Notes: a model not told the origin generated them from the sequence alone. Positions 14,852-24,006 are shown, counted from the first letter of the stretch. The stretch: DNA of 64,000 nt from Dickeya zeae NCPPB 2538 (GCF_000406165.1 NZ_CM001977.1:1-64000); one strand, 5' to 3'. Numbers and translations: made by a program.

Positions 14852-14869
14852 CTGGCACGGTTTTAGCAA
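14852..14869 (+). promoter_or_regulatory. Sigma54 (-24/-12) promoter TGGCAC-N5-TAGCA upstream of the SPFH-rtcB operon
   Basis: ctGGCACggtttTAGCAaa is seen directly at 14853-14868, with the GG and GC elements 12 nt apart as in the TGGCAC-N5-TTGCA consensus. It lies in the rtcR-divergent intergenic region, as expected for an RtcR-activated promoter. Confidence 0.6.
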
Positions 14870-14970
14870 AAATATAAGCACTACACACAGGAAGGGAAGC
14901 ATACCCGCTTACGGTTGGGGGAGCCGGTGATGTTATTCCCGGGCGTTTTATTAAAGGGATTAAAAAGAAA

Positions 14971-15864
14971 GTGTTTAAGAAAATAACAATAAGAAAAGGG
15001 CAACTGGGTTTGCTCAGCCGAAACGGCAACGTGCGGCAGGTATTGGAAACCGGTTCTCATCTCCTGTTTGGTTGGGCCCGAAGGTTGTCAGTGGCCATCG
15101 TCGAACGGGATGGCTCTGTGCTTGACGCGACGCTTGCCGAACATCTACGTCAGTTTCATCCGGAATGGGTAGCGCGTTACTGCCTGTCAGCGGATATGGC
15201 GGATGATGAGATTGGCTTGCGTTATGACCGTGGGCAACTGCGGGAAATTTTGCTACCAGGTACCCGGCGTTTGTACTGGCGGCGAGATGAACAGCAGGTG
15301 ATTGAGCGCGTTTCTGCCCATCAGGCTCAGGTACCAGCGCGATTGCTGCCGATATTACTGCAACCAGAGTTACGTGAGCAGGCGGTCACTGGCAGTAACG
15401 GCGTGCTGGTCGCCGCTATTCCGACATGGCATGTCGGGATTTTGCATATCAACGGGCAACCCTCGGCACTACTGCCACCCGGTAATCATGGTTACTGGCG
15501 CTTTAATCGAAGCGTGAGTGTGGATGTGGTGGACACACGGTTACAGGCGCTGGATGTTGAGGATATCGAAGTACTGACCGCCGATCGGATCAGCGTGCGT
15601 CTGACGCTACTGGCGAACTGGCGCTACAGCGATGTGCTGGCTGCATTTGCACGTCTGGCGAAACCCAAAGCGCATCTGTGTCGGGCTTTACAGGTTGTGC
15701 TGCGCGATGTGGTGGGAATGCATCGGTTTGCTGAATTGCTGACCAGCAAACACACCGTTGGAGAACAGGTCAGTGAACAACTCGAGCAGCAATTGATGTG
15801 CTACGGGATAGACCTGGTCTCGCTGGCCGTGATGGACACCGAAGGCTATAACGCCGCCTGGTAA
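14971..15864 (+). CDS. SPFH/band-7 domain protein with no N-terminal TM segment and a novel N-terminal domain of about 150 aa; first gene of the rtcB operon
   Basis: The C-terminal half (DIEVLTADRISVRLTLLANWRYSDV ... ALQVVLRDVVGMHRFAELLTSKHTVGEQVSEQLEQQLMCYGIDLVSLAVMD) fits the SPFH pattern. The N-terminus has no 20-residue hydrophobic stretch. The GTG start is uncertain. Confidence 0.7.
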   Translation: MFKKITIRKGQLGLLSRNGNVRQVLETGSHLLFGWARRLSVAIVERDGSVLDATLAEHLRQFHPEWVARYCLSADMADDEIGLRYDRGQLREILLPGTRRLYWRRDEQQVIERVSAHQAQVPARLLPILLQPELREQAVTGSNGVLVAAIPTWHVGILHINGQPSALLPPGNHGYWRFNRSVSVDVVDTRLQALDVEDIEVLTADRISVRLTLLANWRYSDVLAAFARLAKPKAHLCRALQVVLRDVVGMHRFAELLTSKHTVGEQVSEQLEQQLMCYGIDLVSLAVMDTEGYNAAW

Positions 15865-15933
15865 CCAGGGTGGCGTCAACGGTGAGTGAAAGATAACGCA
15901 TGGGATTAAATAATAAATCAAAGGACGTTTTAC

Positions 15934-17160
15934 ATGAGGCATAACGATTATCAGGTACTGGATATGCCGCAAGGCGTGCCGGTAAAAATGTGGACGTACG
16001 GTGTTCCGGTCGAGCCTGAAGCCCGCGAACAGTTACGGAATACGGCGAAGATGCCGTTTATTTTCAGCCATCTGGCGGTGATGCCGGATGTCCATCTTGG
16101 CAAAGGGTCTACGATCGGCAGTGTGATTCCAACCCGTGGGGCCATTATTCCGGCCGCCGTCGGCGTAGATATCGGCTGCGGCATGATGGCGGTGCGAACC
16201 TCGCTGATTGCCGCTGATTTACCGGACACGCTGTTGGGTATTCGCAACGCCATTGAGCAGGCTGTTCCTCATGGACGTAGCGTGAATCGTGGGGGGCGGG
16301 ATAAAGGCGCATGGCATGAGCCACCACCACGTGTGGATGCCCATTGGCGGCAACTGGATGCCGGATTCAAACGTATTACCGAACACTATCCGTCGTTGCT
16401 GAAAACCAACAATTACCACCACTTGGGCACGCTCGGAACCGGTAACCACTTTATCGAATTGTGTCTCGATGAGATGGATCGGGTGTGGGTGATGCTGCAC
16501 AGCGGTTCCCGAGGTGTTGGCAATGCTATCGGCAATCTGTTCATCACGCTGGCGCAGCAAGATATGCGACAGCATATTGCGAATTTGCCGGACTGTAATT
16601 TGGCGTATTTCGCCGAAGGTAGCCGTCATTTCGATGACTACCAGTATGCGGTTGGCTGGGCACAGGGTTATGCGCGCCATAACCGCGAGGTGATGATGGA
16701 ACAGGTGCTGCAGGCATTGGCACAGGCGATCCCCAGGCCGTTTACCGCCCGGCAGGAAGCGGTGGATTGCCACCACAACTATGTACAACAGGAAACGCAT
16801 TTTGGCGAGCCGGTGCTGGTCACGCGTAAGGGCGCAGTATCGGCCCATCGCGGGCAGATGGGGATTATTCCCGGCTCGATGGGAGCGAAGAGTTTCATTG
16901 TGCGTGGTTTGGGTAATCAGGAGAGCTTTTGTTCCTGTAGCCATGGTGCCGGGCGCACCATGAGTCGAACGGCGGCAAAAAAGCAGTTTACGGTTGACGA
17001 CCACGTGCGGGCGACGGCCCACGTCGAATGCCGTAAAGACCATGACGTGATTGATGAAATTCCCATGGCGTACAAAGACATTGATGCCGTGATGGCGGCG
17101 CAAGCATCGCTGGTCGAGATTGTTCACACGCTGCGGCAGGTGGTGTGTGTAAAAGGATAA
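15934..17160 (+). CDS. rtcB: RNA-splicing ligase RtcB (3'-phosphate/5'-hydroxyl RNA ligase)
   Basis: The 408-aa translation is collinear with E. coli RtcB (MPFIFSHLAVMPDVHLGKGSTIGSV ... HGAGR ... VCVKG). Confidence 0.95.
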   Translation: MRHNDYQVLDMPQGVPVKMWTYGVPVEPEAREQLRNTAKMPFIFSHLAVMPDVHLGKGSTIGSVIPTRGAIIPAAVGVDIGCGMMAVRTSLIAADLPDTLLGIRNAIEQAVPHGRSVNRGGRDKGAWHEPPPRVDAHWRQLDAGFKRITEHYPSLLKTNNYHHLGTLGTGNHFIELCLDEMDRVWVMLHSGSRGVGNAIGNLFITLAQQDMRQHIANLPDCNLAYFAEGSRHFDDYQYAVGWAQGYARHNREVMMEQVLQALAQAIPRPFTARQEAVDCHHNYVQQETHFGEPVLVTRKGAVSAHRGQMGIIPGSMGAKSFIVRGLGNQESFCSCSHGAGRTMSRTAAKKQFTVDDHVRATAHVECRKDHDVIDEIPMAYKDIDAVMAAQASLVEIVHTLRQVVCVKG

Positions 17161-17181
17161 TAAGCATAACGAGGGAAAAAT

Positions 17182-17967
17182 ATGGAACATGAATCTGACG
17201 TGAGTGCTGTCATGCGCGAGCGTGTCCGTGGTGTGCTGGCGGATGTAGAACGCCGGTTTGGCGTGCGTGTGCTCTATGCCTGTGAGTCAGGCAGTCGGGG
17301 ATGGGGATTTGCTTCGCCGGATAGCGATTATGATGTGCGTTTTATCTATGTCCATCCCCCAGAATGGTATTTACGGGTTGAGCAAGCCCGGGATGTGATT
17401 GAATTACCGATAGATGATGAGCTGGATGTCAGCGGGTGGGAGTTGCGTAAGGCATTGGGCTTACTGAAGCGGGCCAACCCGACGCTGATGGAATGGCTGG
17501 ATTCGCCGGTGGTGTACCATCAGGATGAGAACACCATGAAACAGATGCGCGCGCTGGCACCGGATCATTTTTCGCCGGGTCGTGCCTGTTACCACTATCT
17601 ATCCATGGCGCGAAAGAACTTCCGCGGCTATTTGCAGGGGGAATCGGTTCGGCTGAAGAAGTACTTTTATGTCCTCAGACCGATACTGGCGGCGTTATGG
17701 ATAGAAGCGGGTAAAGGCGCTCCGCCGATGCGCTTTGAGACATTACTGGCTGGAACGGTGACCGATCAGGCTTTACTGGCGGAAATCGCGCATCTGCTGC
17801 GCATCAAACGTCAGTGCGGTGAGGCGCAATACGGTGCCCGATTGCCCGCTGTCCATGCATTTATCGAACATCAGTTGGGGCGTGAGCGGCCTGTGCTGGA
17901 TGCGACGCTGGCGGGCATGGACCAGACGCTGAACCAGTTGTTGTTTAATACGGTGATGGAAGGGTGA
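17182..17967 (+). CDS. Pol-beta-superfamily nucleotidyltransferase (RtcB-associated type)
   Basis: The 261-aa translation carries the GSRGWGFASPDSDYDVRF motif, a GS-x9-DxD nucleotidyltransferase signature. It starts 21 nt after the rtcB stop in the same operon. Confidence 0.75.
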   Translation: MEHESDVSAVMRERVRGVLADVERRFGVRVLYACESGSRGWGFASPDSDYDVRFIYVHPPEWYLRVEQARDVIELPIDDELDVSGWELRKALGLLKRANPTLMEWLDSPVVYHQDENTMKQMRALAPDHFSPGRACYHYLSMARKNFRGYLQGESVRLKKYFYVLRPILAALWIEAGKGAPPMRFETLLAGTVTDQALLAEIAHLLRIKRQCGEAQYGARLPAVHAFIEHQLGRERPVLDATLAGMDQTLNQLLFNTVMEG

Positions 17968-17974
17968 TTGAGGT

Positions 17975-18002
17975 GTAAAACCGGTGAAAGCCGGTTTTAC
18001 CT
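17975..18002 (+). terminator. Hairpin AAAACCGG-tgaaag-CCGGTTTT at the end of the rtcB operon
   Basis: A perfect 8-bp stem whose 3' arm ends in TTTT, seen directly. The trailing T-run is weak. Confidence 0.45.
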
Positions 18003-18246
18003 ATTGCACCGATTTCCAAAACCGTTGCGAACCGTTGTGCATTTCTTCATACAATCCCGCTTTCTGTCTTTGCCGGATACCGATTGCTGGCGTTACACTT
18101 TCCTCTGGTGTTACTTCTTTTGCTGGCGTGACCTTGTTGGCGTCAGCATGACATTGCGAGTGGTATCGCGCCCTGGGTGCCAGAACCGATGTGGCGGCGG
18201 GATACGGTCTATTTACTTTTATCGAAAGCAAGCGTGTGGAGCCCTG

Positions 18247-19599
18247 ATGACCAGACATTATGACTATCTCGCCATTGGTGGCGGCAGCGGCGGTATTGCC
18301 TCCATCAACCGTGCGGCTATGTACGGCAAGAAATGTGCGCTGATTGAAGCCAAACATCTGGGCGGCACCTGCGTCAACGTCGGGTGCGTGCCGAAGAAAG
18401 TCATGTGGCATGCGGCGCAGATTGCCGAAGCCATTCACCACTACGGGCCGGACTATGGCTTTGATGTCACCGTCAATCGGTTCAACTGGGATACGTTGCT
18501 GAAAAATCGCAGTGCCTACATCGACCGTATCCACCAGTCCTACAACAATGTGTTGGGGAAAAATCAGGTCGAGGTGATTCAGGGGTTTGCCCGTTTTGTA
18601 GATGCGAAAACGGTGGAAGTGAACGGCGAGCGTATCACCGCTGATCATATTCTGATCGCCACCGGCGGTCGCCCGACGCGCCCGAACATTCCCGGGACGG
18701 AATACGGCATTGATTCCGATGGTTTCTTTGAGTTAAACGCACTGCCGCAGCGGGTGGCGGTAGTGGGAGCTGGGTACATCGCGGTGGAGATCGCGGGCGT
18801 GCTGAACGCGCTCGGCTCTGACGTGCACTTGTTTGTGCGCAAACACGCGCCGCTGCGCCAGTTCGACCCGCTGATAGTGGAAACACTGGTCGAAGTGATG
18901 AACACCGAAGGCCCGGCGCTGCACACGGAGTCCATCCCCAAAGCGGTGGTGAAAAATGCCGACGGTAGCCTGACGCTGCAACTGGAAAGCGGGTACGAGC
19001 AAACCGTGGATTGCCTGATTTGGGCGATCGGCCGCGAACCGGCGAACGATAAGGTAAACCTGGAAGCGGCAGGTGTCACACTCAACAGCAAAGGCTACAT
19101 CGTGGTGGATAAATTCCAGAACACCAACGTGCCGGGCATTTACGCGGTGGGCGACAATACTGGCGCTGTTGAGCTGACGCCAGTGGCGGTGGCGGCAGGG
19201 CGTCGTTTGTCTGAGCGCTTGTTTAACAACAAGCCGGACGAGCATCTGGATTACAGCAATATCCCGACCGTGGTATTCAGCCACCCGCCTATCGGCACCG
19301 TCGGGTTGACCGAGCCGCAGGCACGCGAGCAGTACGGCGACGAACAGGTGAAAGTCTACAAATCGGCTTTTACCGCCATGTACACTGCGGTGACGCAGCA
19401 TCGCCAGCCATGCCGGATGAAACTGGTGTGCGTGGGGCCGGAAGAGAAAATCGTCGGCGTGCACGGCATCGGCTTCGGGATGGATGAAATCCTGCAAGGC
19501 TTCGCGGTGGCGGTGAAGATGGGCGCGACCAAAAAAGACTTCGACAACACCGTGGCGATTCACCCAACGGCGGCGGAAGAGTTTGTGACCATGCGTTAA
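18247..19599 (+). CDS. gor: Glutathione-disulfide reductase
   Basis: The translation from the ATG at 18247, [51 protein letters not shown]..., shows the FAD and redox-active CVNVGC motifs over 450 aa. The track ORF carries a spurious 93-codon N-terminal extension. Confidence 0.93.
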   Translation: MTRHYDYLAIGGGSGGIASINRAAMYGKKCALIEAKHLGGTCVNVGCVPKKVMWHAAQIAEAIHHYGPDYGFDVTVNRFNWDTLLKNRSAYIDRIHQSYNNVLGKNQVEVIQGFARFVDAKTVEVNGERITADHILIATGGRPTRPNIPGTEYGIDSDGFFELNALPQRVAVVGAGYIAVEIAGVLNALGSDVHLFVRKHAPLRQFDPLIVETLVEVMNTEGPALHTESIPKAVVKNADGSLTLQLESGYEQTVDCLIWAIGREPANDKVNLEAAGVTLNSKGYIVVDKFQNTNVPGIYAVGDNTGAVELTPVAVAAGRRLSERLFNNKPDEHLDYSNIPTVVFSHPPIGTVGLTEPQAREQYGDEQVKVYKSAFTAMYTAVTQHRQPCRMKLVCVGPEEKIVGVHGIGFGMDEILQGFAVAVKMGATKKDFDNTVAIHPTAAEEFVTMR

Positions 19600-19627
19600 T
19601 GCCGAAACCCATCTACTGTAGAAAACC

Positions 19628-19665
19628 GAAAGGCCAGGGCATCGTTCTCTGGCCTTTATTTATTG
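19628..19665 (+). terminator. Rho-independent terminator of gor (AGGCCAG ... CTGGCCT followed by TTTATTTATT)
   Basis: Seen directly about 30 nt after the gor stop. Confidence 0.6.
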
Positions 19666-19884
19666 ACTCATCGATACATTGCCTTTTCTAAAACGTTTAT
19701 GCCCTTTTCCGAGTTACAGGTGTGACTGAGAACAAAAGTAGCAACCAATATGTTGACCAAAATTTAGTAATGATACACAGTGTCCATTATTACCGAATCA
19801 GATCGATGCATAACAAAGCGCTACAGTCGGATAGATTTTCCGCTGCGCTTCAAATTTGCCGCAGTGAGTGGCGTTAGGTGAATA

Positions 19885-20442
19885 ATGATTACTTCTGAAA
19901 TTTTTCTAGAGTGGCTTAGGTATGCGATTGGGCGAGTTGGTCCTGGCTATTTTGGGTTCGTTGAGCGAGTTTATTGTTATGAACTCTATCATTTTTTAAG
20001 AGTTGCAATGTATGTGCATGAACGTATACACGGCCCCATTCAGAATGTGTATCTTCATTCTGAATTTGTAAAAGTTGTAATTACCGATGAAGAGGCAAAA
20101 AAACATGGAGTTTTCCCATTAGAAAATCGCCGCTCTCCCGACTTCATACTTCATGATCCGAATACGACTGATCATCAAATTGCTGCGATGGAAGTTAAAG
20201 CTACTCCTGATCTGAGTTACGCTGAATTTGTGTCTGATATTAATAAATTGTCGGAATTAAGAAGCAATTATAGATACAGCTTGGTTATCTTTCATTGCAT
20301 CAATTCTGACCTAGGCCGGATACAACAGCACGTAACTAGAGCTCAACATGAAGGCATAGTCTTAGACCCTGAGGTTTTGATTATCGTCAAACCTGAAAGC
20401 CATTTTCCAATTCAAGAAATATATCTTGATGCATTATTGTAA
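19885..20442 (+). CDS. Hypothetical protein with a PD-(D/E)xK nuclease-like motif arrangement (185 aa), in an AT-rich islet
   Basis: CYELYHF ... RSPDFILHD, then 11 aa, then AAMEVK matches E ... hhhD ... hEhK of the restriction-endonuclease fold. It is read by eye; no family match was computed. Confidence 0.55.
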   Translation: MITSEIFLEWLRYAIGRVGPGYFGFVERVYCYELYHFLRVAMYVHERIHGPIQNVYLHSEFVKVVITDEEAKKHGVFPLENRRSPDFILHDPNTTDHQIAAMEVKATPDLSYAEFVSDINKLSELRSNYRYSLVIFHCINSDLGRIQQHVTRAQHEGIVLDPEVLIIVKPESHFPIQEIYLDALL

Positions 20443-20507
20443 TTCAGGGCGGTTGCTAACAAACCTCTCAAGGCACTTGCGTTGCTCGCTGGGGTGCTAC
20501 ATTTCTT

Positions 20508-21254
20508 ATGAGATTATTTATGGAACAAAGAAGAAAACTGATCCCAGTAATTTCTGAAGCTATATCTAAAACATTCGATATAGGTGATTGGAAATCTATT
20601 GGGTATGCAACTAAAAATGAATATTTTATTCAAAATCATCCTCGGCTCTTAAGGAGCTTGCAGTGGGGGGATGAGGATTATGAAGGCTGTGTTTTCGATG
20701 TTGTAGAGCACATCTATGATTCGGGTGATAAAAATATTGAGAAGTTACTAGGGAACTCAAAAGTCGAAAGATGGATCAAGTCCAATAAACCGGATATCTA
20801 TAAGGAATACTTCGACAACACTTACGTACCTAGCTTTAAACAAAGAAATCTATCCCCTAGTGAAATTGTTGATAAGGCACTGGAAGATGCTCAAGCTCTT
20901 ATAATTAATAATGGTCCTGTAAGTGCAATTGATCGGGTGCATACGGCGCTGCATGGGTATTTGAAACATCAGCTTGATCAAAAAAACATAGATTATCGGG
21001 CAGATGCAGGTATTACGGAACTATATAAATGCATTCGGGAAAATGTTCGAGAAATTAGAGAGCTTGGTGAGCGGTCAGAAGACATGAATAAAATGTTGCG
21101 TTCACTAACTTCTATTTTAGATGCGTTGAATCCGATTAGAAATAGAGCAAGTGTTGCTCACGCAAACGATACTCTTATAGGTGAAGCTGAAGCAAAGTTC
21201 GTAATTAATATAGTAAGTAGTGTGCTTCACTATTTGGACGAGAAGTTAAAATAG
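20508..21254 (+). CDS. HEPN-domain protein of the AbiJ/Abi_C type (Rx4-6H motif), 244-248 aa
   Basis: The C-terminus LNPIRNRASVAHANDTLIGEAEAKFVINIVSSVLHYL contains the canonical HEPN Rx4-6H motif in a helical context. The alternative ATG at 20520 gives MEQRRKL... The gene lies 66 nt downstream of the previous ORF on the same strand. Confidence 0.65.
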   Translation: MRLFMEQRRKLIPVISEAISKTFDIGDWKSIGYATKNEYFIQNHPRLLRSLQWGDEDYEGCVFDVVEHIYDSGDKNIEKLLGNSKVERWIKSNKPDIYKEYFDNTYVPSFKQRNLSPSEIVDKALEDAQALIINNGPVSAIDRVHTALHGYLKHQLDQKNIDYRADAGITELYKCIRENVREIRELGERSEDMNKMLRSLTSILDALNPIRNRASVAHANDTLIGEAEAKFVINIVSSVLHYLDEKLK

Positions 21255-21434
21255 TTGAATATAACAAGCGCAGACACAATTTTAAATTGTCAAGGAGTTC
21301 ATTGATGTCACAAGAAAAAAATAAAAGAATTGGTGAAAAAAGCGAATTGTAAAACTTCGTGAAAACAACGACTAGACGCTTTAAATGAAATCAAAACATA
21401 TGACTGTCAAGAAAGAAATGATGTTGTTATTAGA

Positions 21435-21743
21435 TTGGCATTCCACGATAAGGTTTTTAAAATTAAAGAAGAAGCATTTAGAGTTGCTCAGTCTTTAGGG
21501 TTAACAAAAAATGGCAAACCAATATCTCTAGGGAAAAAAGATATCGGCTATAAACCAAGTTATTTCACAAAGAAATTTAAAAGAATAAAACACGAACTTG
21601 GAACGGATGATTTTCAACTTGAAAAATTCAAAAATAAATTTTTGTTAATTGATCCAGAAATGTTTGATGTCATGCAGTACGAAAAAGGCATAAAATTCGA
21701 TATGTGGATTCAAAACACCTATCAAGGATTACCTAAAAAATAG
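21435..21743 (+). pseudogene. Probable decayed ORF remnant (the track's 102-aa TTG-start ORF plus an upstream ATG fragment in another frame, separated by an in-frame TGA)
   Basis: An ATG at about 21305 opens MSQEKNKRIGEKSEL and then stops. The downstream frame ...KQRLDALNEIKTYDCQERNDVVIRLAFHDKVFKIK... has no ATG start and is preceded by a TGA. Poly-A runs (A7, A6) sit at the junction. Confidence 0.3.
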
Positions 21744-21824
21744 GCGTGTGCTAACAAAAACTTGAAACTGGGTGGCATGAAATACCGGAATTCTGTTTCT
21801 GAATGGAGCATGATTTTGGGTCAG

Positions 21825-21889
21825 GGTCACCGAAGCCGTGATGTACCCACATCACGGTGACCACAGGGTGAGGACATTATTCCTCACCC
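21825..21889. repeat. Two adjacent stable hairpins: an imperfect one (GGTCACC..CCGTGATGT / ACATCACGG..TGACC) and a perfect 9-bp one (GGGTGAGGA-cattat-TCCTCACCC)
   Basis: Seen directly at 21825-21862 and 21866-21889 at the distal edge of the AT-rich islet. A REP-like element or small RNA is possible. Confidence 0.5.
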
Positions 21890-21943
21890 TGATTCAGTCA
21901 AGTCAGTAATACCCCAGCATTTCCCCATCCAACAGGCTTAGCG

Positions 21944-21976
21944 ATCGGCATTCGCCGATGCCGGTTCTGTTTTATT
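21944..21976 (+). terminator. Hairpin CGGCAT-tcgccg-ATGCCG followed by GTTCTGTTTTATT, a plus-strand terminator-like structure
   Basis: Seen directly. It lies just downstream of the minus-strand esterase stop at 21998, so it may act bidirectionally. Confidence 0.4.
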
Positions 21977-21997
21977 CCTCAATAAGACGCGCCGGTG

Positions 21998-23032
21998 TTA
22001 CAGATTCGCGTTGGCACTGGCTTTAGTGCTGCTGGCGGCGGATTTTGTGGGTTCGCCCAGCGTCTGTTTAAACCAGTTGACGACGCGTTCAATAATCGGT
22101 TTTTGGAACCAGGTGATATCGCCATGGTTGGCTCCTTCGACCAGCACATAGTCGACGCGGTTACCCTCAGCTTTCAGCGCCTTGAATAACTGGGCACTTT
22201 GCAGCGGTGATACCAGGGTGTCCTTGCTGCCATGCATAATCAGGAAGGGCGGTTTTTTGCCTTTGATATGCCCCATTGGGCTGGCGTTCAGCGCTTTTTT
22301 CGGATCGCTGCTGATAGTTGCGCCCGGCCAGTCACGGAAGGCGGTGCCGTTAACTAATAGCGCTTCGGTGACGGCAGGCGATTGATGAACTTTCTGGACA
22401 TTTTCTGGGAAACCTTCGCCGATATTCAGCAGATTGGAGAGACCGTACAAGGTGACGACCGCCTGAACGTCGGAAGATTGATTCAGGAACTGTCCCTGTT
22501 CAAACTGTTTGTCACCATTGGTCGTACCCAGCATCTGGGCCAGATATCCGCCAGCTGAATCGCCCAGCACGCCGATGCGGTTCGGATCAATACCATACTC
22601 GGCCGCATGTTCCCTCAGAAAACGCACGGCGGATTTGCCATCCTGCACGGGGGCTGGAAAGGTGTCGGGCACGACGCGGTACTCCGCCGCGGCGACGACA
22701 AAACCGGCTTCTGCCAGCGCCATACGCATTTCGGAGAATTTTTCATAGTCGGCTGACGTAAAGCCCCCACCGGGGAAATACACAATCGCTGGTTTACGAT
22801 CCTGTGTGCGAGGAATTAATAACGACATCTGTAGTTGCCGTATCGCACGCGTGCTTTTTACCTGAGAATAAATAATACCGCTCATGGCATCAATTTGTTC
22901 GCTGGTCTTCTTTACCTGAATAACCAGAGCACCGTCGGTGTAACCAGGTAAATCGGGGGTTGCAGCATAGATTGTCGTAGTGGTCATCCCCATTATGATT
23001 GCGCCTGCCAGTACGATTTTTTTGAATAACAT
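21998..23032 (-). CDS. Secreted alpha/beta-hydrolase (carboxylesterase/lipase-type, GDSAGG nucleophile motif)
   Basis: The 344-aa translation has an N-terminal signal-peptide-like segment (MLFKKIVLAGAIIMGMTTTTIYA), an oxyanion-hole YFPGGGF and GVLGDSAGGYLA around the catalytic serine. Confidence 0.85.
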   Translation of the reverse strand: MLFKKIVLAGAIIMGMTTTTIYAATPDLPGYTDGALVIQVKKTSEQIDAMSGIIYSQVKSTRAIRQLQMSLLIPRTQDRKPAIVYFPGGGFTSADYEKFSEMRMALAEAGFVVAAAEYRVVPDTFPAPVQDGKSAVRFLREHAAEYGIDPNRIGVLGDSAGGYLAQMLGTTNGDKQFEQGQFLNQSSDVQAVVTLYGLSNLLNIGEGFPENVQKVHQSPAVTEALLVNGTAFRDWPGATISSDPKKALNASPMGHIKGKKPPFLIMHGSKDTLVSPLQSAQLFKALKAEGNRVDYVLVEGANHGDITWFQKPIIERVVNWFKQTLGEPTKSAASSTKASANANL

Positions 23033-23481
23033 GGTTGTCCCTTTTTATTTTCATATGAAATATCTGGTTTTACTTTTTCACAAAGATGCCTCTATGAGTA
23101 TAGGGTGAGTGTAAATAGATGTGATCAGCCAGATTTATTTGTAATTAATAACAAATCACAATAACAGTAATAGCTATTTTTATATTATTTGTTGTGGTTA
23201 ATACGGCTATTTGATGACTGAAAATAGACCTATATCCCAAACAATTCGAGTTGTAGTGTAATACACTCGTGTTGATTGACACTATTCCAAAAAAAACCAG
23301 ATATCCCTCAGTTCTGTGATGAGCAGAATTGAAAGCGGTTTGCTGTGGCCCGAAGGGATGAGGTTTTGGATGGGCTAAATAATAAAATTAGCGCATCTGC
23401 AGTTTGAAGTATTACAGGGATGTTTTTATCCGATTTTATATACCATTAATATAAATAATGTATTGATTACGTGAGGTAAAA

Positions 23482-24006
23482 ATGAAAGCCATCAGCAAGC
23501 TGTTTACGGTGTTTTCAATGATTGGTCTTTTCAGTTCTTCGGTAATGGCTGACGAAAAGGTCAACGTAGCAAAAGAAGCACCACCAAAAACTGAACTGGT
23601 GATGGAAATTACCGCGGATATTGCTCCTCCCGTCAATTTGGGAAAAGGCCCGTTGGGGGAGCGAGCGATAGTTGCTATTCTCTCTGGTACCTTTACGGGT
23701 AATAATATTCAGGGAACCTTGTTGCCGGGCGGGGCCGATCGCCAGCAAATACGGCAGGATGGTTATAAACTCCTGCATGCCACCTATGAATTGAAAACCG
23801 ATGACGGTGTGGTGATTAGTATTACCAATCGTGTGTTGACGCCATTAACCAGAAAACCAGGCGAAAACGCTTTTTCACAGATTGAGCTGATTGCCCCAGA
23901 GGGAAAGTATGACTGGATTAATAAAAATGTGTATATCGGCACGCTGACCAGCCTTAAGCCCCAGCGAGCCGCCGTACTGATCCGGGTTTATAAATTGATA
24001 CCGTAG
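23482..24006 (+). CDS. Secreted DUF3237-like beta-barrel protein
   Basis: The 174-aa translation has a signal peptide, then ...SGTFTGNNIQGTLLPGGADRQ...DGYKLLHATYELKTDDGVVISITN..., the pattern of the DUF3237 family. Confidence 0.65.
   Translation: MKAISKLFTVFSMIGLFSSSVMADEKVNVAKEAPPKTELVMEITADIAPPVNLGKGPLGERAIVAILSGTFTGNNIQGTLLPGGADRQQIRQDGYKLLHATYELKTDDGVVISITNRVLTPLTRKPGENAFSQIELIAPEGKYDWINKNVYIGTLTSLKPQRAAVLIRVYKLIP

Noticed and set aside
16219-17190. 323-aa ORF antisense to rtcB
   Set aside because: It overlaps nearly all of rtcB, which matches E. coli RtcB end to end. It is a spurious reverse-frame ORF.
17968-18246. N-terminal 93-codon extension of gor in the six-frame track
   Set aside because: The conserved Gor N-terminus ([16 protein letters not shown]) starts at 18247. 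The extension covers the rtcB-operon terminator hairpin and a promoter region.
18733-19563. 276-aa ORF antisense to gor
   Set aside because: It sits inside gor on the opposite strand and is not coding-like.
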